In this document: in pieces, positions 42,096 to 52,733 of the stretch
How the letters are laid out: each line of letters starts with the position of its first letter
Position numbering within the stretch: position 1 is the first letter of the stretch
Source of the DNA: Candidatus Bathyarchaeota archaeon
Lineage (GTDB): Archaea > Thermoproteota > Bathyarchaeia > Bathyarchaeales > Bathycorpusculaceae
DNA length: 64,000 nt
Direction: 5' to 3'
Assembly: GCA_963780185.1 (NCBI GenBank)
Contig: CAWABA010000006.1
Location: 544,001 to 608,000 of the forward strand
Translations under genes and position numbers: made by a program
The notes under the pieces: generated by a model
Seen by the model: the letters and a program-made list of their open reading frames with translations, nothing else
What the model was told of the DNA's origin: nothing
Database searches by the model: none

Positions 42096-43071
42096 TTAAT
42101 CTTGTGCTTCCGAATCCTCTTTTGAGTCTTCACCCATCATAAGCTGAAACTCATCCCAACTTACCTCTTCGCCTTTCTGAAGTTTTTCCCTCGCTTCAGC
42201 GCTAATCTTCTCTTTGATTGCTTGCTCCTTTTCCTTGAGTGCTTGCGCCCTCTCCTTGTTGGCGCTTTGCTGTTCCTGATTAGTCTTTTCATAGGCGGCT
42301 CTTTCGGTTGCCCTGGTTTCGGCTTCAGCTTTGGCTTCCTTCGCCAATTCGGCTTTTACACTGTTAAGTTGTCCAATTAACTCCCCGATTTTTTCGTATA
42401 TTTGCGGAATCGTTTCGTCTTTTGTTTTGATGTAAAGTTGATGTTGACCGTCGGCTTGAGCTCTGCTGTTCTTCATAACGTTTACTTTTTCAATCATTTT
42501 CGAGTGGATTTCTTGGCTTTTAGCGGCTAACTCTGTTACTTCCTTATGGTAAACTGATGCTTGCTCGTCGAACGTTTTTCTCTGAGCCAATGCGGCTTTG
42601 ATTTTCTTGTTCTGCGTGTCGATTTTCTTGTAGCCGCTCAGCATTATTTCAAGCTGTTTAACATTCTCTATGAGGCCTTTTTCTTCTTTTAAGTCAAGGG
42701 AAGTGGTCGAAATCTTCCATTCAATTGCGTCATGCTCTTCCTGTAAATTGCGTTGGCTTTCGCGTGGAAGAGTCTTTTTAAGTTCAGCGATTTTGTCTCT
42801 GGCGATTTTTATTTCTTCGTTAAGCGGGTCGGATTGAACCCTGATTGCGTCCCTTTGACTTTTGAGTAGGCTGACTTTTTCGTTTATTTGGTCGCGTTCG
42901 GCTTTTAACGCATTAATCTCGTCTCTTGCCTTCTTTACTTCCTCGTTCAGCTCGTTTCGTCTATCAACGCAGTTCTTTGATCTGTACGTTTGCGTTGTTA
43001 GCTTCTTCTCTGAGTTTTTGGATTTGCTGGATGATTTCTTGTTTTGAATTCATGTTTTGTTCTTTTGTCAC
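42096..43071 (-). CDS. archaeal coiled-coil protein (frameshift near 42975)
   Basis: Reading frame open from ~42965 to 42096 with heptad character; ends AREKLQKGEEVSWDEFQLM. Confidence 0.75.
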
Positions 43072-43223
43072 GAGGAAGCCTCTGATACCACTTTCATAGT
43101 GTCGTAGCGGTGGAATTTATAACGATTATCCATAATAAACATTCTTTTTATGGGGTAAAGATCGGTTTGGCTTATAATTTTTAAATACATGGTGCACCCA
43201 TTGTGAGGTTGAGATGTACAGTT

Positions 43224-43634
43224 ATGACGTATAATTACGATGACTTGTTAAAGAAGGCTTGCTCTCAAATGCCCGAAGTCTCCGCAAAACATGAACGCTT
43301 AGAGTTGCCGAGATTAATGGTGAGCATGGTTGGCATGAGAACAATAATCTCCAACTTCAAAGAAGTCGCCGACGCCCTCGACCGCGACCCCCAACACATC
43401 CTAAAGTTCCTTACAAGAGAAATGGCGACAGCCGCCACCTTCCAAGATTCAAGGGCAATTTTCCAAGGCAAATTCCAGCGGGACAGTTTCGAACGCCTGC
43501 TGCAAAGGTACCTTGAAAGCTACGTTGTTTGCCCAGTTTGCAAACGCCCCGACACAAGGGTAGTTAAGGAAAAGCGTTTGTCTTTTCTGGTCTGCAACGC
43601 ATGCGGCGCAAAATCATCTATAAAGCAGCTCTAG
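43224..43634 (+). CDS. eif2b: translation initiation factor 2 subunit beta
   Basis: TIISNF...RDPQHILKFL.REMAT, CPVC..PDT, CNACGA. Confidence 0.95.
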   Translation: MTYNYDDLLKKACSQMPEVSAKHERLELPRLMVSMVGMRTIISNFKEVADALDRDPQHILKFLTREMATAATFQDSRAIFQGKFQRDSFERLLQRYLESYVVCPVCKRPDTRVVKEKRLSFLVCNACGAKSSIKQL

Positions 43635-43648
43635 GCGAGGGACCTTAA

Positions 43649-43945
43649 ATGGAAGTCTACGTGAACATGAAACAAGCTGGCAGAAACGTTCTCTTAGCCG
43701 TCTGCGACTGCGACTTGCTAGGCAGAACGCTTAAAGAAGGAAAAATCGTTTTCAAAATCAAAGAAGAATTCTACAACGGCAGAAAAGCAACCGTCGACGA
43801 AGCCATGAACATGATCGACAACTCAAACATAGTTAACCTCGTAGGCAAAGTCTGCGTAGAAAAAGCCATAGCGCACGGCTACGTGCACCCCGAAGCAGTC
43901 ATAGAAATCGAAGGCATACCACACGCCCAAATAATGAAGCTTTGA
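43649..43945 (+). CDS. DUF424 family protein
   Basis: LLAVCD..LLG...FYNG...NLVG...GIPHAQ; usual neighbour of aIF-2beta. Confidence 0.9.
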   Translation: MEVYVNMKQAGRNVLLAVCDCDLLGRTLKEGKIVFKIKEEFYNGRKATVDEAMNMIDNSNIVNLVGKVCVEKAIAHGYVHPEAVIEIEGIPHAQIMKL

Positions 43946-44174
43946 TTATGCTTTTGGACAAAAAATAAGACTTTTTATAATCCTGAAATGACGGTTCAAG
44001 CATTTTAGCAATCGTTTCAGCGCTTCAACTACCCTTGGATTTTCTTCGCTTGTTCCCAATCTACTTTTTCTGTGGAGAATCGGACAACATGTCCGCTTTG
44101 GCAGAGCAGGTTTCCATGCAAGAACAACGGCACTCGCCGGGCAATCAGTTACTCAGAAAACATTTGCTGACTTT

Positions 44175-44600
44175 TTATTTAACTTGGTCTTGAAGGATTC
44201 TTGCTTCTAGACAGCCTTTGCATAGTTTGCGTTTGTATCTTGTTTTGTAGTATTCTTCGAATTCTTTGTGGCAAGAGCTGCACCTCAATTTGGGCTTTTT
44301 CACTTCGAGAAGCGTGATTCTTCTTGCTATTTCCATTTTAACTTCTTCATTATGCTCCTGCTGGAATGCTTCCTTCAACAACTTGAGGGCATACTCTGAA
44401 CTTCTATCTCCAAAAAGTTTTCCAAATGGACTCAGAGGCTTTCCTGACTCAAAAATTTCTTTCGGCAAAATGCATACGAAATTTGCTGGGTAACCTTTGA
44501 AGTTGTTCGGGTCAATAACCGCAAAACGATACTGCTTCACCCAGTTTTTCCTGCTCAAAGGTTCAAAGACCATTAACCGATAATCAAACATTGGGGACAC
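44175..44600 (-). CDS. hypothetical protein with C-terminal zinc finger
   Basis: CSSC...CKGC; YPANFVCILP motif. Confidence 0.65.
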   Translation of the reverse strand: MSPMFDYRLMVFEPLSRKNWVKQYRFAVIDPNNFKGYPANFVCILPKEIFESGKPLSPFGKLFGDRSSEYALKLLKEAFQQEHNEEVKMEIARRITLLEVKKPKLRCSSCHKEFEEYYKTRYKRKLCKGCLEARILQDQVK

Positions 44601-44791
44601 TTAGAAGAATCCAAGGCAATAAATCAGCTAATATTGCTTGCCAACATATAATCTATAGAGCTTTATTGATTGTTTAGGCTAATTTATTATGACAGAAAAA
44701 ACGTGTCAAAAAAGGTCGACGCAATACAGAAGGATTTACAAGACTAAACCAAAGAAGCCCGTCTTCGGGCGGAACCTTTTTTGTTGACGAA

Positions 44792-45361
44792 CTATTCAGT
44801 TAACGTTTTTTTTGCTACCTCACTAGCCCAACTTCGGATGCCGTCTAAATCTCTTAAGTCGTATACCCCAGCAGCCGATTCTTTGTAGCCCGCGCTTTCG
44901 AGTTTCGGCTTGATTGATGACAGCGTCTTCTTGAAGAAGAAGTTCATCTGGTTAAAGTCGTAGCATCCGCCGAAGAAGCCCAACGCGATCGGGTTAATTT
45001 TGAGTTCAACGGCTTTTTCTTCAAGGTATTTTCTCCTCGCATCATCCATTTCCGTCTTCTTCTTTTCGCCTTCGGAAAGCGGATTTGCGGCTCCGCAGGA
45101 GACGAAGAGGGCAACCTTCTTGTTTGCCAGTTCTTCTCGGTGTTTTTTGAGGAATTCCTCGGGTTCTTTGGTCCATTTGCCCATCTGGATGCCGCTGCCA
45201 ACGATGATGAGGTCGAATTCGCCTATGCTTTGCACTTTCTCTTTTTTGGCATCGACAACTTTCACTTCATATTCTGTCTGTCGAAGAGTGCCTGCAATAA
45301 CTTCCGACGTTTTGGCAGTTGCGCCAGTGCGGGTCCCAAAAACAATCAAAGCCTTTTTCAT
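44792..45361 (-). CDS. flavodoxin-domain protein (HemG-like)
   Basis: GTRTGAT FMN loop, IIVGSGIQMGKW, DLRD...IRSW. Confidence 0.9.
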   Translation of the reverse strand: MKKALIVFGTRTGATAKTSEVIAGTLRQTEYEVKVVDAKKEKVQSIGEFDLIIVGSGIQMGKWTKEPEEFLKKHREELANKKVALFVSCGAANPLSEGEKKKTEMDDARRKYLEEKAVELKINPIALGFFGGCYDFNQMNFFFKKTLSSIKPKLESAGYKESAAGVYDLRDLDGIRSWASEVAKKTLTE

Positions 45362-45885
45362 TTGGAACCCTCAGTCTTTGTAAAAGTATAGGTGTATTCC
45401 CCTTTTTTCAGGAAGTTAAACATTTTTCCTTCAGTCACCATCGACAGAATATCAGGTTCCTTTAGGTGATGGTCGTTGAAAGACAGCAAGCCTTCATTTT
45501 TCAGGGTTCTGTAAATCTCTTTCAAAACGGCTTGTTTGTCCTCCAAGTCGTGGAAAACATCATACATCAAAACCAAATCTAAGCTTCCGTCAGGCAAGCC
45601 AGTTGCCCCCTCAGAAAGAATTGTCTCCACGTTTTTCAACCCGTTCTTGGCAACAAGGTCTTTTACCATCTTTATAGCGATTGGCATTGCGTCAAGGGCG
45701 TACACTTTGCCTGTTTCCCCGACTAAACCGGACGCAGCAACCACGTAGCCGCCTGGACCACAGCCGAAGTCGAGCACATAAAAACCCTGTTTTATCCCGA
45801 CTTCCTTCAAAATGTTAGCTCTCGGGTTACGGTAATCTCGAATCTTGAATTCTAAAGCCATCAGCCTAAACCATACACTTGACAT
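45358..45885 (-). CDS. class I SAM-dependent methyltransferase
   Basis: VLDFGCGPG, VYALD, DVFHD. Confidence 0.9.
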   Translation of the reverse strand: MSSVWFRLMALEFKIRDYRNPRANILKEVGIKQGFYVLDFGCGPGGYVVAASGLVGETGKVYALDAMPIAIKMVKDLVAKNGLKNVETILSEGATGLPDGSLDLVLMYDVFHDLEDKQAVLKEIYRTLKNEGLLSFNDHHLKEPDILSMVTEGKMFNFLKKGEYTYTFTKTEGSK

Positions 45886-46176
45886 TGAACTTTCGACCTC
45901 GCCTGCCCTTTCACAGGCTGGTGTTGACGTCTCGTCTAATGTGTTTGGTTCCGCTTATGAGTCTTGTTGAAAAATTGAGGGTGAGCGCGAAGGCGCAATT
46001 CTTGTTTTCAGTGCCTACTATGGCTACGGATGCGGCATGATTGGAAACCAGACCATAAAACACATCCTGCCTTTTTCATCAGGATTTTTCCTTTTTTGAA
46101 AATCAAAGCTGCCATGCAGGCGGCGGCTTGTTTAACCGTCAATCATAAATATTCAAAGCTGAGTATAGCCTGAATT

Positions 46177-46446
46177 ATGTTGAACTTTCAAGTTGAAGAC
46201 AAAGGCGGATGTGACACGGCGAAGCGGCATTCAAGTCCATTCGCGCCCATCGTCGCTTCAATCCTAGGAGCGCTCGTTTGGCTGGTTTTTATTCTGTTCT
46301 TTGCGTTGTTCTGGTCTGGGGGTTACAGCCTTTTTCAGGACTTTGTCGTCTTCATTGCCACGCTGTTGATTACCGTACTAGTGATAGGGTTGATGTGGCT
46401 TATCTGGGGTAGAAACCAATGGCACTGGTGGTCAAGCCACTACTAA
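46177..46446 (+). CDS. small two-TM membrane protein
   Basis: Two hydrophobic helices; TATA-like ATAAATA upstream. Confidence 0.6.
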   Translation: MLNFQVEDKGGCDTAKRHSSPFAPIVASILGALVWLVFILFFALFWSGGYSLFQDFVVFIATLLITVLVIGLMWLIWGRNQWHWWSSHY

Positions 46447-46600
46447 CGCAGCCGCCGCTTCACACCAGAAAAAAACGTTACCAAAAAATCTATAACCGAC
46501 TCCGACCTAGTTTTCGCATCCGACAAAAACGGCGGATTCTCTTCTATAGAAAATCTTTTATTATCAACCGAGCAATCGGTGAGTGGGAAGCTATTTTTTG

Positions 46601-47461
46601 CTAATAGTTTTGCTTTGATTTCGCCGATGGTGGTGTCTTTTGCTTTGTATAAACTGTGAATGCTACAAAGCAAGCAATCAACGCAACAATGGCGCCAAAT
46701 GGATATTCAGGAGCCACAAATCCCACTGGATTAACGGTTACACCGTTTGAAGCTTGAGCTTCGGACGCAGCATAATAGTAGTCGCCACCAAAAACAGCTT
46801 TAAAGTACACGGTTGAACCAGTAGGCACACTATGATAAGAAGGCTGGAAACCCAAAGCAGCTTGCCCGTTACTATAAGTATAATCACTGAAAAAATAAGT
46901 CCAGTCACCAGAGCCCACCTTATAATAGAAGTCGATGACCTCATGGTAAAGTCCATTTCCGTTACTAGTCAAAGTTGCAGTCACCGTCGTGTAGCCATCA
47001 GGAGCAATGCTGGTAGGAGAACAATCAAGCGACAAAACAGTAGGATTAATGCAGACGGTTACACCGTTTGAAGCTTGAGCTTCGGACGCAGCATAATAGT
47101 AGTCGCCACCAAAAACAGCTTTAAAGTACACGGTTGAACCAGTAGGCACACTATGATAAGAAGGCTGGAAACCCAAAGCAGCTTGCCCGTTACTATAAGT
47201 ATAATCACTGAAAAAATAAGTCCAGTCACCAGAGCCCACCTTATAATAGAAGTCGATGACCTCATGGTAAAGTCCATTTCCGTTACTAGTCAAAGTTGCA
47301 GTCACCGTCGTGTAGCCATCAGGAGCAATGCTGGTAGGAGAACAATCAAGCGACAAAACAGTAGCAGCAGATTCAGCTTTAGCCTGATTTACAAAGCTCA
47401 TAGAAACAACCATTAAACAGATCAGAGTTAAACAACAAAACGTAAAGTAACGGTTCCTCAT
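46601..47461 (-). CDS. secreted Ig-like tandem-domain protein with PEF-CTERM-like sorting signal
   Basis: Signal peptide, two identical ~103-aa domains, VAPEYPFG followed by TM and basic tail. Confidence 0.8.
   Translation of the reverse strand: MRNRYFTFCCLTLICLMVVSMSFVNQAKAESAATVLSLDCSPTSIAPDGYTTVTATLTSNGNGLYHEVIDFYYKVGSGDWTYFFSDYTYSNGQAALGFQPSYHSVPTGSTVYFKAVFGGDYYYAASEAQASNGVTVCINPTVLSLDCSPTSIAPDGYTTVTATLTSNGNGLYHEVIDFYYKVGSGDWTYFFSDYTYSNGQAALGFQPSYHSVPTGSTVYFKAVFGGDYYYAASEAQASNGVTVNPVGFVAPEYPFGAIVALIACFVAFTVYTKQKTPPSAKSKQNY
46734..47364. repeat. perfect 310-bp direct repeat, period 321 bp
   Basis: 46734-47043 identical to 47055-47364. Confidence 0.92.
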
Positions 47462-47959
47462 TTCCTCGGTCTCCTTTTTCCTTTCTAACTTGGCATTATC
47501 TTCATAGCATTTGCTTAAAAGACTTGTCCAAGAAAAAAAGCATCTAGAGATTTCTCACATTCAAAACAGCCAAATAAATCCTGTAAATGCGGAAAATGGT
47601 GGTTTGAGAGTTGAAAAAAGCTCGGGTGCAGCGATTTTGCAGTGAGTACAGAGTCAAAAATGCTGGATTCACACTGAAAACACCTGAATCAGGGCTTCAA
47701 GTGCACCTTCTAAATCTTAGATAGAAGAGCATCAAATTCGTCTTCTAAATAGCGTTTAAACCCTTTTTCTATCAACTTTGATATGTTTGAGCGTGCTATC
47801 CTGAAAATAACCAAGCCGTCTTCAATACTCTTTTTTGCTGAAGTGTCTGCTTGTCCGCAGAAAGACTTTGTTGTTATGTACACTCCACAGCAGTTCTCAA
47901 AAACACTTTTGGAACGAAGCATAGACACGAAGTGTTCCATGTTTTCTGAACTAACAACT

Positions 47960-48178
47960 TCCTTCGTTGGCAAGCATAGCTTTGCGGGGAAGAAGGTGGC
48001 GTTGTTCTTCACGCTGGACAATAATCCGCGTGGCGCCGTTGAGAAAACAAAGAAGCTGATGTCTGGCGCGTACTTTGTCGGCGAACTCGTGCTTGTGAAG
48101 CCAACCCAAGACAAGGAAGCGGCGAAGAAGAAAATCGGTGAATGGTGCGGCACGCTTAAGGCGAAACTCCAGATTTAA
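47960..48178 (+). pseudogene. C-terminal fragment of a flavodoxin
   Basis: SFAGKKVALFFT...KKKIGEW with no N-terminal FMN-binding loop. Confidence 0.55.
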
Positions 48179-48300
48179 CCCTCTTAGGACATTTTGTGAG
48201 GGACCTTACAGGCGGTTAAGCCTACAAACTTTTGGAATATTCCAAAAACCCAAACGGAAGCCACCATTTCCGCGCCACCTGCAATTCAAGCCCACAACAG

Positions 48301-48470
48301 AATCTAAGCCTAAACCTAAAAACCAACCTGAAACAAGCACTTCCAAAAACAACCTACCGACGGGAGGGGGTCTAGTATTTACATCAAAATTCCATTGTAA
48401 AAATGGGTTAATCCCAAGCCGACCCCACGAGGTACCCCACTATTTGTAACCAAAAACCAACACAAGAACT
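48301..48470 (+). repeat. dispersed non-coding repeat, copy A
   Basis: Colinear with reverse complement of 55088-55256; shares ACCGACGGGAGGGG(G)TCTA.TATTT, GTAAAAATGGGT and GGTACCCCA. Confidence 0.8.
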
Positions 48471-48567
48471 AGCCACCTTCCCAGAAATTGCCGCTCCACC
48501 CATTTCCTTGAAACCAAAACTCTTAGAAAACTGTTATAGCCTAGTTCGCTCAAGCCAATGTGACTGA

Positions 48568-49248
48568 GTGATGTGTTTGGCTAAAGCTTTGATTGCTGGC
48601 GTTGACGAGGCGGGGCGCGGATGCGTTATCGGACCGTTAGTTGTTGCCGGCGTCATGGTGAAAGCAGAGGTTTTGCCGATTCTCACCGAGCTAGGCGTCA
48701 AAGACTCCAAACTGCTTACGCCCCAGAAACGGGAGCTGCTGTACCCCGCAATTCTGCAGCTAGCCGAAAAATACCACACGATAAAGGTGCCGCCAAGCCA
48801 GATTGACACAGTTGTAGAGAGCACCCGACGCCTGCATAAACTAAACCGCCTGGAGGCTCAGACAATGGCGCAGATTATTGATGAGTTAAAACCTGAGGAA
48901 GCGTACGTTGACGCGGCCGACACGGTTGAGCACCGATTCGGGAACCACATACGGGAATGCCTCAAAGTTAAAACCCGAATCATTTCACGGCATAAAGCTG
49001 ACAGGATTTACCCTGTGGTTTCAGCCGCATCCATCATTGCGAAGGTTGAGCGGGACAGAGAAGTTGCAGCATTGAGGGCACAGTGGGGCGACTTCGGCAG
49101 CGGATACTTAACCGACGACAAAACCATGACTTTTCTGCGCCAACTGCTGGAAAAAAACGATGAATACCCGAGCTTCGTCAGGAAATCATGGAAACCCGCG
49201 AAAAGAGCAAAAAGCGAAAGAGGCACAACCCAAAGTACGCTGGCTTAA
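48568..49248 (+). CDS. rnhB: ribonuclease HII
   Basis: GVDEAGRG..IGPLVV, VKDSK, HKAD..YPVVSAASIIAKVERD, GSGY. Confidence 0.96.
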   Translation: MMCLAKALIAGVDEAGRGCVIGPLVVAGVMVKAEVLPILTELGVKDSKLLTPQKRELLYPAILQLAEKYHTIKVPPSQIDTVVESTRRLHKLNRLEAQTMAQIIDELKPEEAYVDAADTVEHRFGNHIRECLKVKTRIISRHKADRIYPVVSAASIIAKVERDREVAALRAQWGDFGSGYLTDDKTMTFLRQLLEKNDEYPSFVRKSWKPAKRAKSERGTTQSTLA

Positions 49249-49384
49249 CAGTCTTTAGCATAAACATGTCACGTTTGTAGTCAAATAGCTAGGTGAAACG
49301 TCTACAAAAAAACATTAGTTATATAAATGTCGAGTCCCATCCTTTAATCTGGGAGAGAAGCGAGTTTTAGACGGCGGTTGCCTA

Positions 49385-51067
49385 ATGAGCGAAAAAGACG
49401 TTACAAGGTTCCTCCAAATTCTGGGTCTCTCAAAACGGGAAATTCAGGTCTACATGTTCTTAGCTAAAAGCGGCGTCCAATCAACAAGCTTCGTTGCCAA
49501 AAGACTTAAGATGGAACGTGTCCAAGCCTACCGCACGTTCAAGAAGCTGCAGGAGAAAGGCTTCATCGAAGCCACGTTGGAGCGACCTACCAGATTCACC
49601 ATCGTTGCGTTTGAAGCCCTTGTGGACTCGTTCATCACGACTAAAAAGAACGAAGTCACCAACCTGACAGACCAAAAACAAACCCTGCTAACGGCTTGGC
49701 AGTCAATCAGCGCGCCTGAATCAGAGTACCCTGTGGCTAAATTCTCAATCATTACAGGCAAGAAAAAGATTCATTCAAAAATGCTTTCCATGATTGAAGA
49801 ATCAAATCATGAAGTCATAATCTTAACAACTTCCTTGGGATTGATTCAGGAAGATATAGCAGGAGTCTTCGACTCAGCCATCAGCGCATCACAAGACCGC
49901 AACATACAGCTACAGATTATAACCGACATCTCTCAGGAAAACTACAAAACGGTCGAGAGAATGGACCGCACCATAGCAGAAGAAAAATTATCCATGAAGC
50001 TTCGCCACGTCGGAATGACCTCCAAGTTCTTCCCAAGATTCCTCATAAAAGACGAGGAAGAAGCCATGCTGTACGCGCCCTTCGGCAACGAAGCATCCGT
50101 CCTGAATTTGGAAGATGAGGGCTTATGGATTAACGACAAGATGTTCATCTCTGTTTTGAAGGCTTTCTTTGTTCAGATGTGGCAGTCAGGCGTTGAAGCG
50201 TCAAGACGGATCGATGAGTTGAAAAGCGGAATCCCCATAGGCGAAACGTTGGTCATCAAGGACGCTGACGAAGCATGGAGCAAAGTCACGAAGGTGCTTG
50301 ATGGCGCCAAAAAAGACGTTGTGGTGATTACTTCATCGCAAAGCATCAACCGCCTCGCAGAAGAAGACCCCCTTATGGAGTACTTCAAAAAAGGCTTAAA
50401 AATCCGAGTTATGGCCTCCATCGACCTCGACAACCTGGAACCCGCACAGAAACTTGCAACACGCTACGAAATCAAACATGTTCCAATCAGCTACCTCACG
50501 ATGATGCTTGTCGACAACAAGCACCTGTTCATGTTTAAGATGCCGCCTCTTAGCGACTTCGGCTCAGAAGCCGCATTCTACTTAACAGACACATTTTACT
50601 CAACAGACCCCAGCCAAATCGAAAGAGTAAGCGAAATGCTCAACGACATCTGGAAACGAGGCATAGAAATCCAAGAAGTCAGCAGCCAAGCCGGCACCAA
50701 ACTCCCCGCGGTCACGGTTTCAACAAACGAGACTATAGCGATGATTGTTGACAAAATGATTAGAAACGGCGTCACCTCGGTTTTAATTACTGAGCAGCAA
50801 AAACCAGTCGGTGTACTCAACGACCGCGACCTCCTCAAAGACATCGTTGAAAAACGGAAGAACCCTGAGAAGGCTTTAGCGAAAGACCTCAGCTACACGC
50901 CCCTGATAAACCTGCAGGAAAACGAAACAATGATTACCGCCATGAAGCAGATGGGAGAAAAAGGCATCAAGAGAGCCGCACTGGTCAAGAACGGACAACT
51001 CATCGGCATGCTGGTTGAGCCAGTGGCTAAAAAAGCCGCGATTGAAGTTAAAGCCGCTGCTCAATAG
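49385..51067 (+). CDS. TrmB-family regulator with two effector-binding domains and a C-terminal CBS pair
   Basis: TrmB wHTH (LGLSKRE...YRTFKKLQEKGFI...RP.RF), two PLD-like TrmB effector repeats, VGVLNDRDL...GIKRAALV. Confidence 0.85.
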   Translation: MSEKDVTRFLQILGLSKREIQVYMFLAKSGVQSTSFVAKRLKMERVQAYRTFKKLQEKGFIEATLERPTRFTIVAFEALVDSFITTKKNEVTNLTDQKQTLLTAWQSISAPESEYPVAKFSIITGKKKIHSKMLSMIEESNHEVIILTTSLGLIQEDIAGVFDSAISASQDRNIQLQIITDISQENYKTVERMDRTIAEEKLSMKLRHVGMTSKFFPRFLIKDEEEAMLYAPFGNEASVLNLEDEGLWINDKMFISVLKAFFVQMWQSGVEASRRIDELKSGIPIGETLVIKDADEAWSKVTKVLDGAKKDVVVITSSQSINRLAEEDPLMEYFKKGLKIRVMASIDLDNLEPAQKLATRYEIKHVPISYLTMMLVDNKHLFMFKMPPLSDFGSEAAFYLTDTFYSTDPSQIERVSEMLNDIWKRGIEIQEVSSQAGTKLPAVTVSTNETIAMIVDKMIRNGVTSVLITEQQKPVGVLNDRDLLKDIVEKRKNPEKALAKDLSYTPLINLQENETMITAMKQMGEKGIKRAALVKNGQLIGMLVEPVAKKAAIEVKAAAQ

Positions 51068-51119
51068 GATAGCTTGTTCCTCATTTTCTTAAGCCCGAAT
51101 AAACGGCAAATGATATTAG

Positions 51120-51836
<717 letters not shown>

Positions 51837-51844
51837 ACATGTGA

Positions 51845-52732
51845 TTGGCTTTGAAGGTTGAACCCGAATGTGAATCTTGCCTGCTTTCGCGGGCACAAAC
51901 CGAAACTTACCAAGCGACAACAAACCCTGCCCTACGTTTCCGATGTCTCGCGGAAGTTGTTCGTCTTCTGAATCGGGAATTCAAATCTTCTTCTGTAGCC
52001 GCGGACTTAGGAACGAAGCGGGACCGCTTAATCAAGGAGTTAACAGGCAACAACGACCCTTACAGCAGAACCAAGAAAGCCGCTAACGAAAAAGCGCTAA
52101 AGCTTCTGCCGCATGCGAAAAAACTTGTTGAAGCAGGGTACAGTCAGCAGGAACGGTTCAAGAAGGCTTGCCTGTGCGCCATCGTGGGGAACATCATGGA
52201 GTTTGACATTCCAGGTCACAAGTTTACGCTTGACAGTTTAGCCGCGTGCATTCGGGAAGCAAGCAAAGACCTCTTCATCGACGACATCGACAGAGCGTAT
52301 GAGTTAGCGAAAAACGCTGACAGCGTGCTTTATTTGGCGGATAATGCTGGAGAAATCGTTTTTGACAAGCTGCTGGTTGAGCAGCTCAAGAACATGGGCT
52401 TGAAAGTAACTTACGTAGTTAAAGGGGGCTCCGTTATCAACGACGCCACCATGGAAGACGTAGTTTTGACAGGCATGGATGCTTTAGCCGACGACGTGTT
52501 GACCACGGGCACCGACGCGGTTGGCTTGCTTAAAAAAGAAGTTTCTCCTGAATTCCTCAAGGTTTACGACGCGGCAGAATTGGTTTTCGCCAAAGGCATG
52601 GGGTACGCTGAAACCCTCACGGAATACAAGCTAACCAAGCCGCATCTGCTGCTTTTCAGAACAAAATGTGTTCCCGTAGCAAACTATTTCTGCGCTCCAC
52701 GCGACAAGAACATCGCCAAGCTGATGCCGTAA
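51845..52732 (+). CDS. ARMT1/DUF89 damage-control phosphatase
   Basis: CxxC N-terminus, AIVGN, LADNAGEI.FD, NDAT, AKGMGYAE, KC.PVA. Confidence 0.9.
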   Translation: MALKVEPECESCLLSRAQTETYQATTNPALRFRCLAEVVRLLNREFKSSSVAADLGTKRDRLIKELTGNNDPYSRTKKAANEKALKLLPHAKKLVEAGYSQQERFKKACLCAIVGNIMEFDIPGHKFTLDSLAACIREASKDLFIDDIDRAYELAKNADSVLYLADNAGEIVFDKLLVEQLKNMGLKVTYVVKGGSVINDATMEDVVLTGMDALADDVLTTGTDAVGLLKKEVSPEFLKVYDAAELVFAKGMGYAETLTEYKLTKPHLLLFRTKCVPVANYFCAPRDKNIAKLMP

Positions 52733-52733
52733 A

